From assembly GCA_964016885.1 (NCBI GenBank), contig OZ024764.1:14508001-14572000 (forward strand): a stretch of 64,000 bases of DNA. Reading direction: 5' to 3'. Shown one piece after another: positions 52,190-64,000 of the stretch. Under the pieces are notes generated by a model. That model was given only the letters and a program-made list of their open reading frames with translations. It did no database searches and was not told where the DNA came from. The DNA comes from Eledone cirrhosa. Lineage: Eukaryota. Made by a program: the position numbers and the translations under genes. Each line of letters starts with the position of its first letter. Position 1 is the stretch's first letter.

Positions 52190-53215
52190 CTGGTTTGGCC
52201 ATTGGTGAAAAAAGGGAGTTTGTTTCTGCTGCTCTTATTTATGCTTTGCCTCCTACTGTGGGTTCATCCGGAATCTTGGTCAGTAGATTGTCGAGATGAC
52301 TCTTAAAAGCATCTACATGCACACCGTGGAGATCACTCAGATTTTTTGGCAGCTTATTAAAAAGCCGGGGTCCTTTGGATCCCAGGCTATTGCAGTATGT
52401 GGTCTGTATTCTCGATGCAACGGATGAGACCAATGGCACCACCCAGTGACATCCTGTTCACAGGCTGGTCCTGCCTTCAACACTGAAGGTTGGTGCTAAC
52501 CCTTCCAGGATCTTCCGCTCCATGGGAGTAAAGCTTTAATCTCTTCAGCCTCTCCCAGTAGCCCATCTCTTTCATTGAGGCAGTCCTGTTGGTGTAGCTT
52601 CGTTGGGTTGCCTCAAGTTTTGCAGTTAATGGGAGTAAAGCTTTAATCTCCTCAGCCTCTCCCAGTAGCTCATCTCTTTCATTGAGGCAGTCCTGTTGGT
52701 GTAGCTTCGTTGGATTGCCTCAAGTTTTGCAGTTAATGGGAGTAAAGCTTTAATCTCCTCAGCCTCTCCCAGTAGCTCATCTCTTTCATTGAGGCAGTCC
52801 TGTTGGTGTAGCTTCGTTGGATTGCCTCAAGTTTTGCAGTTAATGGGAGTAAAGCTTTAATCTCCTCAGCCTCTCCCAGTAGCTCATCTCTTTCATTGAG
52901 GCAGTCCTGTTGTAGCTTCGTTGGATTGCCTCAAGTTTTGCAGTTAATGGGAGTAAAGCTTTAATCTCCTCAGCCTCTCCCAGTAGCTCATCTCTTTCAT
53001 TGAGGCAGTCCTGTTGGTGTAGCTTCGTTGGATTGCCTCAAGTTTTGCAGTTAATGGGAGTAAAGCTTTAATCTCCTCAGCCTCTCCCAGTAGCTCATCT
53101 CTTTCATTGAGGCAGTCCTGTTGGTGTAGCTTCGTTGGATTGCCTCAAGTTTTGCAGTTAATTTGACACTGGGGGGCAACCACAGCTGAGGGCAACAGTC
53201 TAGTCGGCTGAGGAT
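52190..53215 (-). mobile_element. CR1/L2-type LINE 3' fragment with a 107-bp unit repeated about 6 times
   Basis: SRLDCCPQLW.P...KLEAIQRSYT...MSYWERLRRLKLYS and GPRLFNKLPKNL...FKSHLDNLLTKIPDEP. Confidence 0.8.
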
Positions 53216-53366
53216 GAAATATATACAATGTAACAAGACGACTACTGCTGAAGCTCACGGGGGAGATGACGCAGGCCCGTGACACAAATGGCGAGATGCT
53301 GTGCTTAATAAGACCCGTCCCACCCTTGCAAGCAAGGAAAAGCGGACATAAAATGATGACGACGAT

Positions 53367-53406
<40 letters not shown>

Positions 53407-53446
53407 TATTTATGTATATATATATATATATATATATACATATTTA

Positions 53447-53494
<48 letters not shown>

Positions 53495-53671
53495 AGAAAA
53501 AGTATGACCCCGACGGCAGAGCTCAAGCCGTTTCGACAGCTATTTCTGGGTCGAAACAGCTTGAGCTCTGCTGTCGGGGTCATGCTTTTTCCTATTTCCC
53601 ACTCTATTACCCTAAGTATTGAGTACTCTGGTGCGTTATGGTCCATTTGGTTCCTTACCACAATTCCTTTG

Positions 53672-53710
<39 letters not shown>

Positions 53711-53719
<9 letters not shown>

Positions 53720-54420
53720 CGTAAAATAAGAAAATATCCTTTAAAAAAAATTTTTTTTTAATTTTTTACTTACTTACTTAAATTTTCACTCCAACTAATT
53801 AGTTTCTGCAATGGGATAAAGACAGTTACATAATCCAACTGTCGAGAATTCATTGCGTCATCAGGGAGTCTATTCTCAGCTGAGCCTCCAGGCAATGCGC
53901 GGACACTGGCGGTTCATATAAAAATAATAAATTCGGTAGAAAGAACAGCTAGGCGAGGACTGGATTCTATGTACTGAAATTCTCACTGCTTCCAGTCAAA
54001 TGGCCGATTCTAAAGAATCAATCACGTGACATAGAGGCCAGTTAGAAGGAATGGGATGGTAAGATGACTGACGCCTACTAACACCCCAAAAAAAATTTTG
54101 AAGTGGTTTTGGCAGGTTTGCTCGACAAATCAGTGATTTGGAGATAAATATAGATAATTTAATATATCAACTAACATAGGCGCACAGATGTACGTCCATG
54201 CCAGCAAATACACAGGTTATGTCATAGTACCTAGGTGGTTCAATGCAGGAGGGTGCAGAACAATAATATAAAAGACGTAAAATAAGAAAATATCCTTTAA
54301 AAAAAATTTTTTTTTAATTTTTTACTTACTTACTTAAATTTTCACTCCAACTAATTAGTTTCTGCAATGGGATAAAGACAGTTACATAATCCAACTGTCG
54401 AGAATTCATTGCGTCATCAG
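53711..54420 (-). mobile_element. Non-autonomous retrozyme-like element, 556-nt unit between hammerhead repeats
   Basis: Identical direct repeats of about 153 nt, 556 nt apart, each carrying the hammerhead core; (TA)n flanks; no ORF. Confidence 0.72.
53788..53869 (-). ncRNA. Hammerhead ribozyme in tandem element (5'-truncated second copy at 54344-54420)
   Basis: Reverse strand: actcc-CTGATGA-cgcaatg...gacagtt..aactgtc...cattgca-GAAA-ctaattag-TT-ggagt. Confidence 0.82.
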
Positions 54421-54893
54421 ATATATATATATATATACACACATGGAGGCACATGGCTTAGTAGTTAGAGCATTGGCCTTGCAATCGAAAGGTTGTGAGT
54501 TCAATTCTCAGACCGGGTGATGTGTTGTTTCCTTGAGCAAGAGACTTTATTTCACATTGCTCCAGTTTACTCAGCTGTAGAAATGAGATGATAGGGACTG
54601 GGGTCCCTATCATTCCACTGCAAAGTGGTCGTGGAGGTGCCACGGCAAAAAGCACCCAGCACTCACTGTAAATGAGGTTGGTGTTAGGAAGGGCATCCAG
54701 CTGTAGAAATCATGCCAGAATCAGTTCCCGTCCCACCCTTGCAAGCAGGGAAAAGCGGACGTAAAATGAAATGATGATGAAATGATGATGACACACATAT
54801 TTATGTGTGTGTGTATATATATATATGTATATACACACATATTTATGTGTGTGTATATATATATATATATACCCATGTTATTGTCTACTGTAG

Positions 54894-55031
54894 ATACTAA
54901 AACAAAACAGTGAACTGAAGACTGAAAAGACCAGGCTACAGCATGAGCAAGGACAGGCAAAGGTAGGCCTAACTGAGATGAAGGCCAAGCAGCAGCAATT
55001 GGACATTACAGTGGAACAGAAGGATAATGAG
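54894..55031 (+). CDS. CLIP1: CLIP1-like exon H (ILKQNSELKTEKTRLQHEQGQAKVGLTEMKAKQQQLDITVEQKDNE)
   Basis: Acceptor ttgtctactgtag, donor gtgagt; 138 nt, phase 0 to 0. Confidence 0.82.
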
Positions 55032-55557
55032 GTGAGTGTGTGTATATATATGTTATAAAGGCGCACGGCTTAGTGGTTATAGTGCCGGGTTTACAATTGT
55101 GACGTGAGTTCGAGTCTCAGATTGGGGGATGCGTTGTGACCTTGAAGAGAACACTTTATTTTTATGTTGCTTCAGTTTAGTCAGCTGTAGAAATGAGATG
55201 ATAGGGACTGGGGTCCCTATCATTCCACTGCAAGGTTGTCGTGGAGGTGCCACGGCAAAAAAGCACCCAGCACTCACTGTAAATGAGGTTGGTGTTAGGA
55301 AGGGCATCCAGCTGTAGAAATGAAGCCAGAATCAGTTCCCGTCCCACCCTTGCAAGCAGGGAAAAGCGGACGTAAACAAATGATGATCATCATCATCATT
55401 GGTGCCAAGCTGTTGTCATTAGGAAGGGAATCTAACCAGAAGCAGTCCTATTTGAGCGAGTCACAGTCACCCGACTGAATAGGATACACCTGTCTAACCC
55501 ATGCTAGCATGGAAAATTGACGTTAAACAATGACAATGATATATGTATATATATATA

Positions 55558-56400
55558 TACAGTAATCCTCCCGCTATATCGCAGTTCACTTTTTACAGTC
55601 CCTTACATCGCAGATTTTTCTTTGGAACGTATCTAATTTCCTATCGGAGTAATCCTTGCTACAGCGTGGATTTTTCTTTGGAACGTATCTAATTTCCTAT
55701 CGGAGTAATCCTTGCTACAGCGTGGATTTTTCTTTGGAACGTATCTAATTTCCTATCATGGTAATCCTTGCTACAGCGTGGATTTTTCTTTGGAACGTAT
55801 CTAATTTCCTATCATGGTAATCCTTGCTACAGCGTGGATTTTTCTTTGGAACGTATCTAATTTCCTATCATGGTAATCCTTGCTACAGCGTGGATTTTTC
55901 TTTGGAACATATCTAATTTCCTATCATGGTAATCCTTGCTACAGCGTGGATTTTTCTTTGGAACATATCTAATTTCCTATCATGGTAATCCTTGCTACAG
56001 CGTGGATTTTTCTTTGGAACATATCTAATTTCCTATCGGAGTAATCCTTGCTACAGCGTGGATTTTTCTTTGGAACGTATCTAATTTCCTATCGGAGTAA
56101 TCCTTGCTACAGCGTGGATTTTTCTTTGGAACATATCTAATTTCCTATCGGAGTAATCCTTGCTACAGCGTGGATTTTTCTTTGGAACATATCTAATTTC
56201 CTATCGGAGTAATCCTTGCTACAGCGTGGATTTGTCTTTGGAACATATCTAATTTCCTATCGGAGTAATCCTTGCTACAGCGTGGATTTTTCTTTGGAAC
56301 ATATCTAATTTTCTATCGGGGTAATCCGCGCTACAGCGTGGATTTGTTGTTAGAACATATCTATTTTCTTATCGTAGTCGTACATCTGAATAAGAAGTGT
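55558..56400. mobile_element. Tigger/pogo-like MITE end with a 56-bp unit repeated about 13 times
   Basis: TA-cagtaatcctcccgctatatcgc start; tandem ttggaac(g/a)tatctaatttcctatc... Confidence 0.6.
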
Positions 56401-56644
56401 TTAAAATTTCAACTTTTTAAATAAGTTTCAATGTGAACTACAAACCCTTTATAGATTGACGGGAGATGTGCAGTGTATTACCAAGTGGCTACCGTGGCTG
56501 GCAATAGCCCTCATTGGTAACTAGTGGTATGATAGTTGGTGGTAGTTTCTATACGATCGTTACTGGTTGTTTTTTTGGTGTTTAAATACAAAAGTGTTTT
56601 AATGAGTTTATATGTACTTAAAGCATGTAGGAGAGGTATTTTAA

Positions 56645-56861
56645 CCCTTTAGCATTTAAACCGGTCGTATCCGGACAGAACTCTATCAGCTCTTTCTGTT
56701 CAAACTGGCTGAAACCAGCCACTCATACTGACATTAACATACTGTTCTCAAAATAAATATGAAAATCTCATAGATTCGATATAATGTGAGATATTATGTG
56801 AGGTAAAGCCTTTACTGTGAAAATACAATAGTATATATAGAGTAATGTAAATGCTAAAGGG
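56645..56861. mobile_element. Complete piggyBac-type MITE (about 217 bp)
   Basis: TTAA target duplication; 14-bp TIR ccctttagcattta / taaatgctaaaggg. Confidence 0.85.
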
Positions 56862-56965
56862 TTAAACATTTTTATTGATGATGTGGATGATGATGATGAA
56901 GACAATAATGATGACAACGATGATGATGATATAATAACCTGCTGCTTCTTCTCCGTTATTTACAG

Positions 56966-57060
56966 ATTGAGAAACTACAAGGAAAATTAGCCAATTCCGA
57001 GAAATCTTTGTCCCAGTCTTTACATAACGAGGAAACCACACTCTCATTAACTGAGCACCT
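56966..57060 (+). CDS. CLIP1: CLIP1-like exon I (IEKLQGKLANSEKSLSQSLHNEETTLSLTEHL)
   Basis: Acceptor ttatttacag, weaker donor CT|gtaatt; 95 nt, phase 0 to 2, the phase the next exon needs. Confidence 0.75.
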
Positions 57061-58050
57061 GTAATTATCGTATTCCTTTTTTTACTCCCTTCCTTCCTTC
57101 CTCCTTTCCTTCTGCACTTCCTTCCCTTCATACAGACACAAGTACACACACACACACCTCCTTAGCAACAATGACCCCTTAGCCACCTATATTGGTTGCT
57201 GTTGTTGTTCTTGTTGATTGTCATCATACTGTATATAATGTAATGTGTCTTTGCCTCTTTCTGTGTCTCCATGGAAGCCTGTATATATGTGTATATCGTA
57301 TTTCGGCGGGTAGAAAAAGCGAAACGAAATGCAAAAATCAGAGTTATGTTAGCAAGCACTCCATAGTTAAAAAACCAGAGCTAAACAATATGTTAAAGCG
57401 CCATACAAACTGAAAAAGTGGTCAAGAAAGCATCAACCACCTAAGCCTAAAAGCAAATCAAGCTCAACAGGTCAAAACAAAATAAATGATTAAAAAAAAC
57501 AGACCTGGACCCATTGGAATTGATTGTAAAATCCAAATGCAGGGTTTCTATGACACCTAAATCAATAAAACTGTCTGCTTAAAACTATAAGCTTTAGGTA
57601 TAATGATCAAACAAGGAATATCACGTTATCAACAGGTATTTTGCTCTGTACCAAGTTTGTGAATGACGTAGAGCTTCATAAAAGCACATGTGTAATTCAC
57701 AAGGGGAAAAACCCCAGATTTTGGCAAATGAATTCAGTATGTGTATATCATGCAAAAAATTGCATAAATAGCACAAATCGAATAAGCACTCAACCGGGTA
57801 GTTTTTAAAATAAACTTATGCAATTAATCTGTCAATAGAATTATTAACATGTGTGTTGTATATATGTATATATATATAAAGAATGAATAATAACAGGTAG
57901 ACATCATAAAAAGGTAATTTATTCCGTGTGCTTACAAATGTTTCCATGGTGGTACTACAGCCTAGTTATGCTATGTGCAAATTTACAAGTATTTGCAGAA
58001 CTCAAATATCCAATGCTGTGCATTACTACATCTTGGAGATAATCCTATAC

Positions 58051-58096
<46 letters not shown>

Positions 58097-58148
58097 AGTG
58101 AAATGAATACAAAGCAGTATATACCGTTAAAACATGTTTATATAAAAA

Positions 58149-58191
58149 TGCACCTACATACATTTCGCCCAAAAGGGGATTCTCAAGGGCA
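58149..58191 (-). ncRNA. Decayed minimal hammerhead, U3-A8 variant
   Basis: Reverse strand: tgccc-TTGAGAA-tccc(ctttt)gggc-GAAA-tgtatg-TA-ggtgca; tgtatg is plausibly CpG-decayed cgtacg. Confidence 0.55.
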
Positions 58192-59823
58192 TAGAAGACA
58201 AAAAAAATGACCAGTACGTGACCCCGGAGGGGTTTTAAGGTTAAGTTTACATCAGAGTTCATTTCGTTCAAGCACATGTGTTGTTCCTGCCATAGAGCAA
58301 GGGGAGTAACTCTGGCCGGTGCTTGAATAATCGTCTCCCACTGCTTTTTTACCCGTTCACATGATGGTGTTTTGCGTTATTATTTTGTGGGTGCAGCTTT
58401 ACTAATGCCGGTTTGAGCAGGGTCTGGGATGCATATTTGGTTCACAGATGTTTGCACTGCCTGCCCACCGGCATGTTTTGGTTTGGGCAGGGGAACCCAG
58501 TTTATAGTTTTCATGCCACAGTGGGTTCCCACCTGAAATAAGACACTTGTATTCGGTGCCTGCAGTTTGTGACTGATTCAGTTCTGCTGTTTATGAGTTT
58601 ATATATATATATGTGTGTATATATATATGTGTGTATGTGTATATATATCCCCCACTCATAAGCGTGAACCTAATACTAACACTTTGTACTGCACTCATTG
58701 TTATTGTTTTTGTTTTGTTTTATATATATATATAAGTATGTATATATATATATGTATTTGTGTATGTATATATATGTAAGTATGTATATATGTATATATG
58801 TATATGTGTATGTATATATATATGTAAGTATGTATATATATATGTATATGTGTATGTATATATATATGTATGTATATATATATATGTATGTATATATATA
58901 TATATATGTGTGTATGTATATATATATGTATGTATATATATATATATGTGTGTATGTATATATATATGTATGTATATATATATATGTGTATGTATATATA
59001 TATGTATGCATTTCTGTATATATGTATATATACGTATGTATGTAGTTATATATATATATATATATGTATGTACATATATATGTATATATATGTATCCCAG
59101 TACAACCTGTCTCATGGTCGGGTCGTTGGCAACTAAACTGGCAACCCCACCAAGGTTTCTTGGTGAGGAGGGTGACTTTGGACATCCTGCAGGACTAAAA
59201 ACAAAACCTGTCAAAGAGCAAAGGAGCTCTTAAGAGTCAATGGCCATCCAAAATCACTGGGAGAGATGACCCCTTAGCCTTTGTCAAGGCAGAATTCTAG
59301 GAGAAGGAAAACTCTGATATAACACCTGCAACCCTGATGGTATCCAATGATGTTGACTTGTTCTTCTTTTTGGTAAATATCATCTTGGTTAAGAGAGTGG
59401 GACTGGCTTTGTGCAGTGCCTTTGCTCACTATAAAAGCTTCACGGCACAGGCATTGCTTTATATCTGGAGATCTCTCTGCACTTGTCGTCACATGGTACC
59501 ATGGGCCCAGCACTTTGTGTCAATAATTGTCACAAGTGTAGTGTTTGTACCAGAGTTTTCAGGTCACTGGCTGGACTAAAAAGTCACACTCGTTCAGCGC
59601 ATCAGTAGGGGTTCTCCTACATGGATATAAAGTAGTGGCCGTACTCGAAAGCGAGTTGCCAGCCACCATATATATATGTATATATGTATGTATGTACTAA
59701 AAAGTCACACTCGTTCAGCGCATTGGTAGAGGTTCTCCTACATGGATATAAAGTAGTGGCCGTACTCGAAAACGAGTTGGCAGCCACCATATATATAATG
59801 TGAGTGTATCTCTCTCTCTCTCT

Positions 59824-59875
<52 letters not shown>

Positions 59876-59911
59876 TTCTATATATGTGTATCTCTTTGTG
59901 TATATCTTTAG

Positions 59912-60032
59912 AAAACAAGCCAACAGTGAAATAGAGGAACTAAAGCAGACCCTATCAGACAGTGAAAACATGAGACAAACACTTCATGCAGGTGTCACAG
60001 CTTCAAAGGAACAACTCTTAAGCCACCAGAAG
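59912..60032 (+). CDS. CLIP1: CLIP1-like exon J (KQANSEIEELKQTLSDSENMRQTLHAGVTASKEQLLSHQK)
   Basis: Acceptor tatatctttag, donor gtaaga; 121 nt, phase 2 to 0. Confidence 0.82.
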
Positions 60033-60054
60033 GTAAGACACCTTACTACACTAT

Positions 60055-60125
<71 letters not shown>

Positions 60126-60599
60126 GCACACACATGTATCAAAGGTATATATTGAGTTTCAAAGGTATATATTAAGAAAGAGATATTTCCGAGCTGTATA
60201 TTATAATTGTTTGTACTTTTTGGCACAAGGCCAGCAATTACCCCAGTGCATTACTGGTACTTTATTTTATCGACCCTGTAAGGATGAAAGGCAAAGTTAA
60301 CCTCGGCGGGATTTATATTATAATAGAATATAAAAGAAAAACGAACACAGATATATAGATATATGTGTTCAAATCGTAAGGGACCAGATTTGCTAAGGTG
60401 AAAAGAATACTAACTATATTTGTGTATTATTCTATGTACTATATTGACGAGTTGTAGTGCACCTGAGCACTTTACACAATAATTTCATTATTATTATTAT
60501 TATAGACAATAGGGTTTGCCTGTCTCAATTTAAGAAAAAATCAAGAAAATAAATACAAACCGGAATTGTGGTTGGTTACCATACACACATGTATATGTA

Positions 60600-60830
60600 T
60601 ATAGGTGATCAGATTAGCATGGAAGGAGGGTGTTCCGAGGCCATGGTATCTAGAATAAGGATGGGCTGGAAGAAGTTTAGGGAGCTGCTTCTTCTGTTGA
60701 CAAAGAAACGGTTTCTCCCTGCGTACGAAAGGTCGGTTATATGATGCGCGATGCTGCAAGGTAGGAGAGACGTGGGCAGCAACTACAGAGGGTATGCGAG
60801 GGCTGGAGAGAAATGCAGCAAGATTAAAAG
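60600..60830 (+). mobile_element. RTE LINE RT fragment
   Basis: SRIRMGWKKFRELL..LT...RTKGRLYDA-like peptide with frameshifts. Confidence 0.65.
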
Positions 60831-61036
60831 GATGCCCAAGAACAAGATAGCGAGATGACCTCACCAACCACCTGGGACCCTCATGGCCCAAACTGGCAAG
60901 GGTCAGAAGTTGGTGGAAGGAGTCCAGGGAGGGGTTCCTCCCTTGTGTGTGATTTAAAGACCCTGGATCAGGGATATATATACAAAATACTTAAATTCAA
61001 TGTTGCTCTTACTTGAATATCTGTCTCTATTTTCAG

Positions 61037-61083
61037 CTAACAGATGAAAAACTTGAGAAAAAACTCCAGGACATTCATAAACA
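61037..61083 (+). CDS. CLIP1: CLIP1-like exon K (LTDEKLEKKLQDIHK); gene continues beyond the window
   Basis: Acceptor ctctattttcag, donor gtaagt; 47 nt, phase 0 to 2. Confidence 0.75.
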
Positions 61084-61263
61084 GTAAGTTAGCTGTTGTT
61101 TATTGGGTCTGGACTGGCCTAATATCTTTATATGTGTTTGTGTATATATGTGTGTGTATGTGTGTGTATATATATATGTATGTGTGTATGTCTGGTCTTC
61201 ACATTCTGGTATCTGTTGTTGAGATTGTGACTGGCTCACAATTGCTGTTTTTGTTTTCCACAT

Positions 61264-61303
<40 letters not shown>

Positions 61304-62252
61304 TATATGTATATATAATGACATTAAGAAAGATGCTGATGTTACATAAATCGTTTATTCGTTACACCCCAACCCACTACCCCTACTCCACCCTCCCACT
61401 CCCACCAACACCACCCCTTTCTCTGTAAAGTTATGTTGGTACAACAGAACACCCATTCCAAACTAATGAGGTTGTGTAGGTGTCACGACAAAATAACACA
61501 CAGTCCACGCTGTAATGTGGCCGTGTAGGTAACACGGTAAAAACCTCCCAGTCCACACTGTAAATGTGGTTGGTGTTAGGAAGGGCATCCAGCCGTTGAA
61601 AACCTGCCAGACAGTCCTATACGAGCGAGACACGGTCACCCGACCAATCTTGCCTCAAGTGGGACAACTCCCGTCTAACTCATGCTAGCGTGGATGATAG
61701 ACGTTAAACGATGATGATGATGAATTATTTTAACGGTTCTCCTATGCAATCACAATGTAATTCATGCATTTGTTGTTGTTATGAGAAGGGTATCTTCAGA
61801 TGAAATTCGATTTTTTGATATACCACCATGACAAAATGGACTCAGTGCTCCCGTGGGAGCCCCTACATGGACACACTGGAAGAGGAAGACCAAGGTTAAC
61901 GTATGTTGACGCCCTAAGGACAAACACTGGTCTGTTGGAGACGCAGGACATGGCAGCGATAATGAGGGACAGAGACCGCTGGAGAGAACTCGTCCATGGA
62001 TCTCGGGAATTTTACCCGCCTTAGATAGATATTACATGTTGACTCCCCCCTCCTCCCACCACCACCACCTTCCTCCCTCCTTTGCTGTGTTTTATTTGTT
62101 GATGTTGTTGTTTTTTTCATGACACCCCTACCCTCCAACCCCCACATAAATGTGACGTCATATCTCCTTCAAGGCATTAATCATATTTTTTCCTTCTCTC
62201 TCTCTCTCCCCCCTCTCTTTCTCTCTCCCTCTCGCTCTCTGTTTTCTCTCTT

Positions 62253-62341
<89 letters not shown>

Positions 62342-62371
62342 TGCTCTCTCTCTCTCTGTCTTTCTCTCTTG

Positions 62372-62411
<40 letters not shown>

Positions 62412-62421
62412 TGCTCTATCC

Positions 62422-62464
<43 letters not shown>

Positions 62465-62834
62465 ACTGCCACCACTGTCATGTCATCATGTCATCTCTCT
62501 CTCTCTCTCTTTCTCCCTCCTGCTCATTGCTTTTCAAAATCCTGTGAACCACCACCACCACCACCACCACCACCACCACCACCACCAACTACTACCACAA
62601 CAACAACCACCACCACCACCACCACCACCACCACCACCGTCGACATCACAATGTTCGACTCCGGGGTAAGGAAAAAAAAAAAAAGAAACGGTTACTACAG
62701 AATGAACTATCTCTTGGTGTTGTGGTCAACGTTGTTTTGGTTCGGTCAGCATGGGTCTGGAGAATGTTGTTGTTGTTGTTGATGTAGTAGTAGTAATAAT
62801 AGTTGTTGTTGTTGTTATTTATTCTAAACATTAA

Positions 62835-64000
62835 CCCTTTAGCGTTTAAACCGGCTAAATCCGGCCAGAAACTCTCACCTCTTTCTGTTCAAGCTGGCTG
62901 TAACTGGCCACTCATACTGAGGTTTAGGTATTGTTCTCAAAATAGATATCATAATCTCATAGGTTCGGTATTATGTGAGGTAAAGCCTTTACCGTGAAAA
63001 TACAATAGTATATATAGAGTAATGTAAATGTTATGTGGGATATTATGTGAGGTAAAGCCTTTACCGTGAAAATACAATAGTATATATAGAGTAATGTAAA
63101 TGTTATGTGGGATATTATGTGAGGTAAAGCCTTTACCGTGAAAATACAATAGTATATATAGAGTAATGTAAATGTTATGTGGGATATTATGTGAGGTAAA
63201 GCCTTTACTGTGAAAATACAATAGTATATATAGAGTAATGTAAATGTTATGTGGGATATTATGTGAGGTAAAGCCTTTACTGTGACAATACAATAGTATA
63301 TATAGAGTAATGTAAATGTTATGTGGGATATTATGTAAGGTAAAGCCTTTACCGTGAAAATACAATAGTATATATAGAGTAATGTAAATGTTATGTGAGG
63401 TATTATGTGAGGTAAAGCCTTTACTGTGACAATACAATAGTATATATAGAGTAATGTAAATGTTATGTGGGATATTATGTGAGGTAAAGCCTTTACTGTG
63501 ACAATACAATAGTATATATAGAGTAATGTAGATGTTATGTGAGATATTATGTGAGGTAAAGCCTTTACTGTGAAAATACAATAGTATATATAGAGTAATG
63601 TAAATGTTATGCGAGATATTATGTGAGGTAAAGCCTTTACCGTGAAAATACAATAGTATATATAGAGTAATATAGATGTTATGTGAGATATTATGTGAGG
63701 TAAAGCCTTTACTGTGAAAATACAATAGTATATATAGAGTAATGTAAATGTTATGTGAGATATTATGTGAGGTAAAGCCTTTACTGTGAAAATACAATAG
63801 TATATATAGAGTAATGTAAATGTTATGTGAGATATTATGTGAGGTAAAGCCTTTACTGTGACAATACAATAGTATATATAGAGTAATGTAAATGTTATGT
63901 GAGATATTATGTGAGGTAAAGCCTTTACTGTGAAAATACAATAGTATATATAGAGTAATGTAAATGTTATGTGAGATATTATGTGAGGTAAAGCCTTTAC
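62835..64000. mobile_element. piggyBac-type MITE with a 72-bp internal unit amplified at least 14 times (runs off the window)
   Basis: TTAA-ccctttagcgtttaaaccgg start; 72-bp period (63001, 63073...). Confidence 0.85.

Noticed and set aside
57925-58045. - strand GAAA-catttg-TA half motif
   Set aside because: The upstream core reads CCAAGAT and stem II cannot be drawn convincingly
61725-61815. - strand CTGAAGA followed by ttctc...gagaa pairing
   Set aside because: No GAAA or cleavage-site half could be identified
62652-62672. ATG TTC GAC TCC GGG|gtaagg as an alternative first exon
   Set aside because: Its phase 0 end does not match the phase 2 end of exon K, and there is no supporting promoter evidence
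62949-63941. 330-aa repeat protein ORF on the - strand
   Set aside because: 72-bp tandem repeat inside a MITE; the unit is a multiple of 3 and lacks a stop in that frame

Overview
Repeat-rich animal genomic DNA. The tRNA-headed SINEs with (ATG)n tails, RTE LINE relics and very dense (TA)n/(CA)n tracts suggest an octopod cephalopod (inference). The window lies inside one + strand intron-rich gene. Eleven short GT-AG exons (5880-61083, 1286 nt, about 428 codons) splice in consistent phase into a long coiled coil containing LEQQIADLMKHSGDSSQQLSLLNEQLRDKDRKVEELQADL, which resembles CLIP-170/CLIP1 (restin/CLIP-190). The introns hold SINEs, LINE fragments, mariner/piggyBac/Tigger/Helitron-type non-autonomous elements and many TE-derived minisatellites. 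The main unannotated signal is about 20 type I hammerhead ribozyme motifs (CUGAnGA...GAAA...NUH, several with covarying stems), plus a few partial or decayed ones, from roughly a dozen distinct sequence families. They sit in short non-coding elements, often palindromic or tandem (543- and 556-nt periods), almost always next to (TA)n tracts. This looks like a TA-microsatellite-targeting set of non-autonomous Penelope-like/retrozyme elements within the host introns. Nearly all ORFs in the supplied track are microsatellite artefacts.
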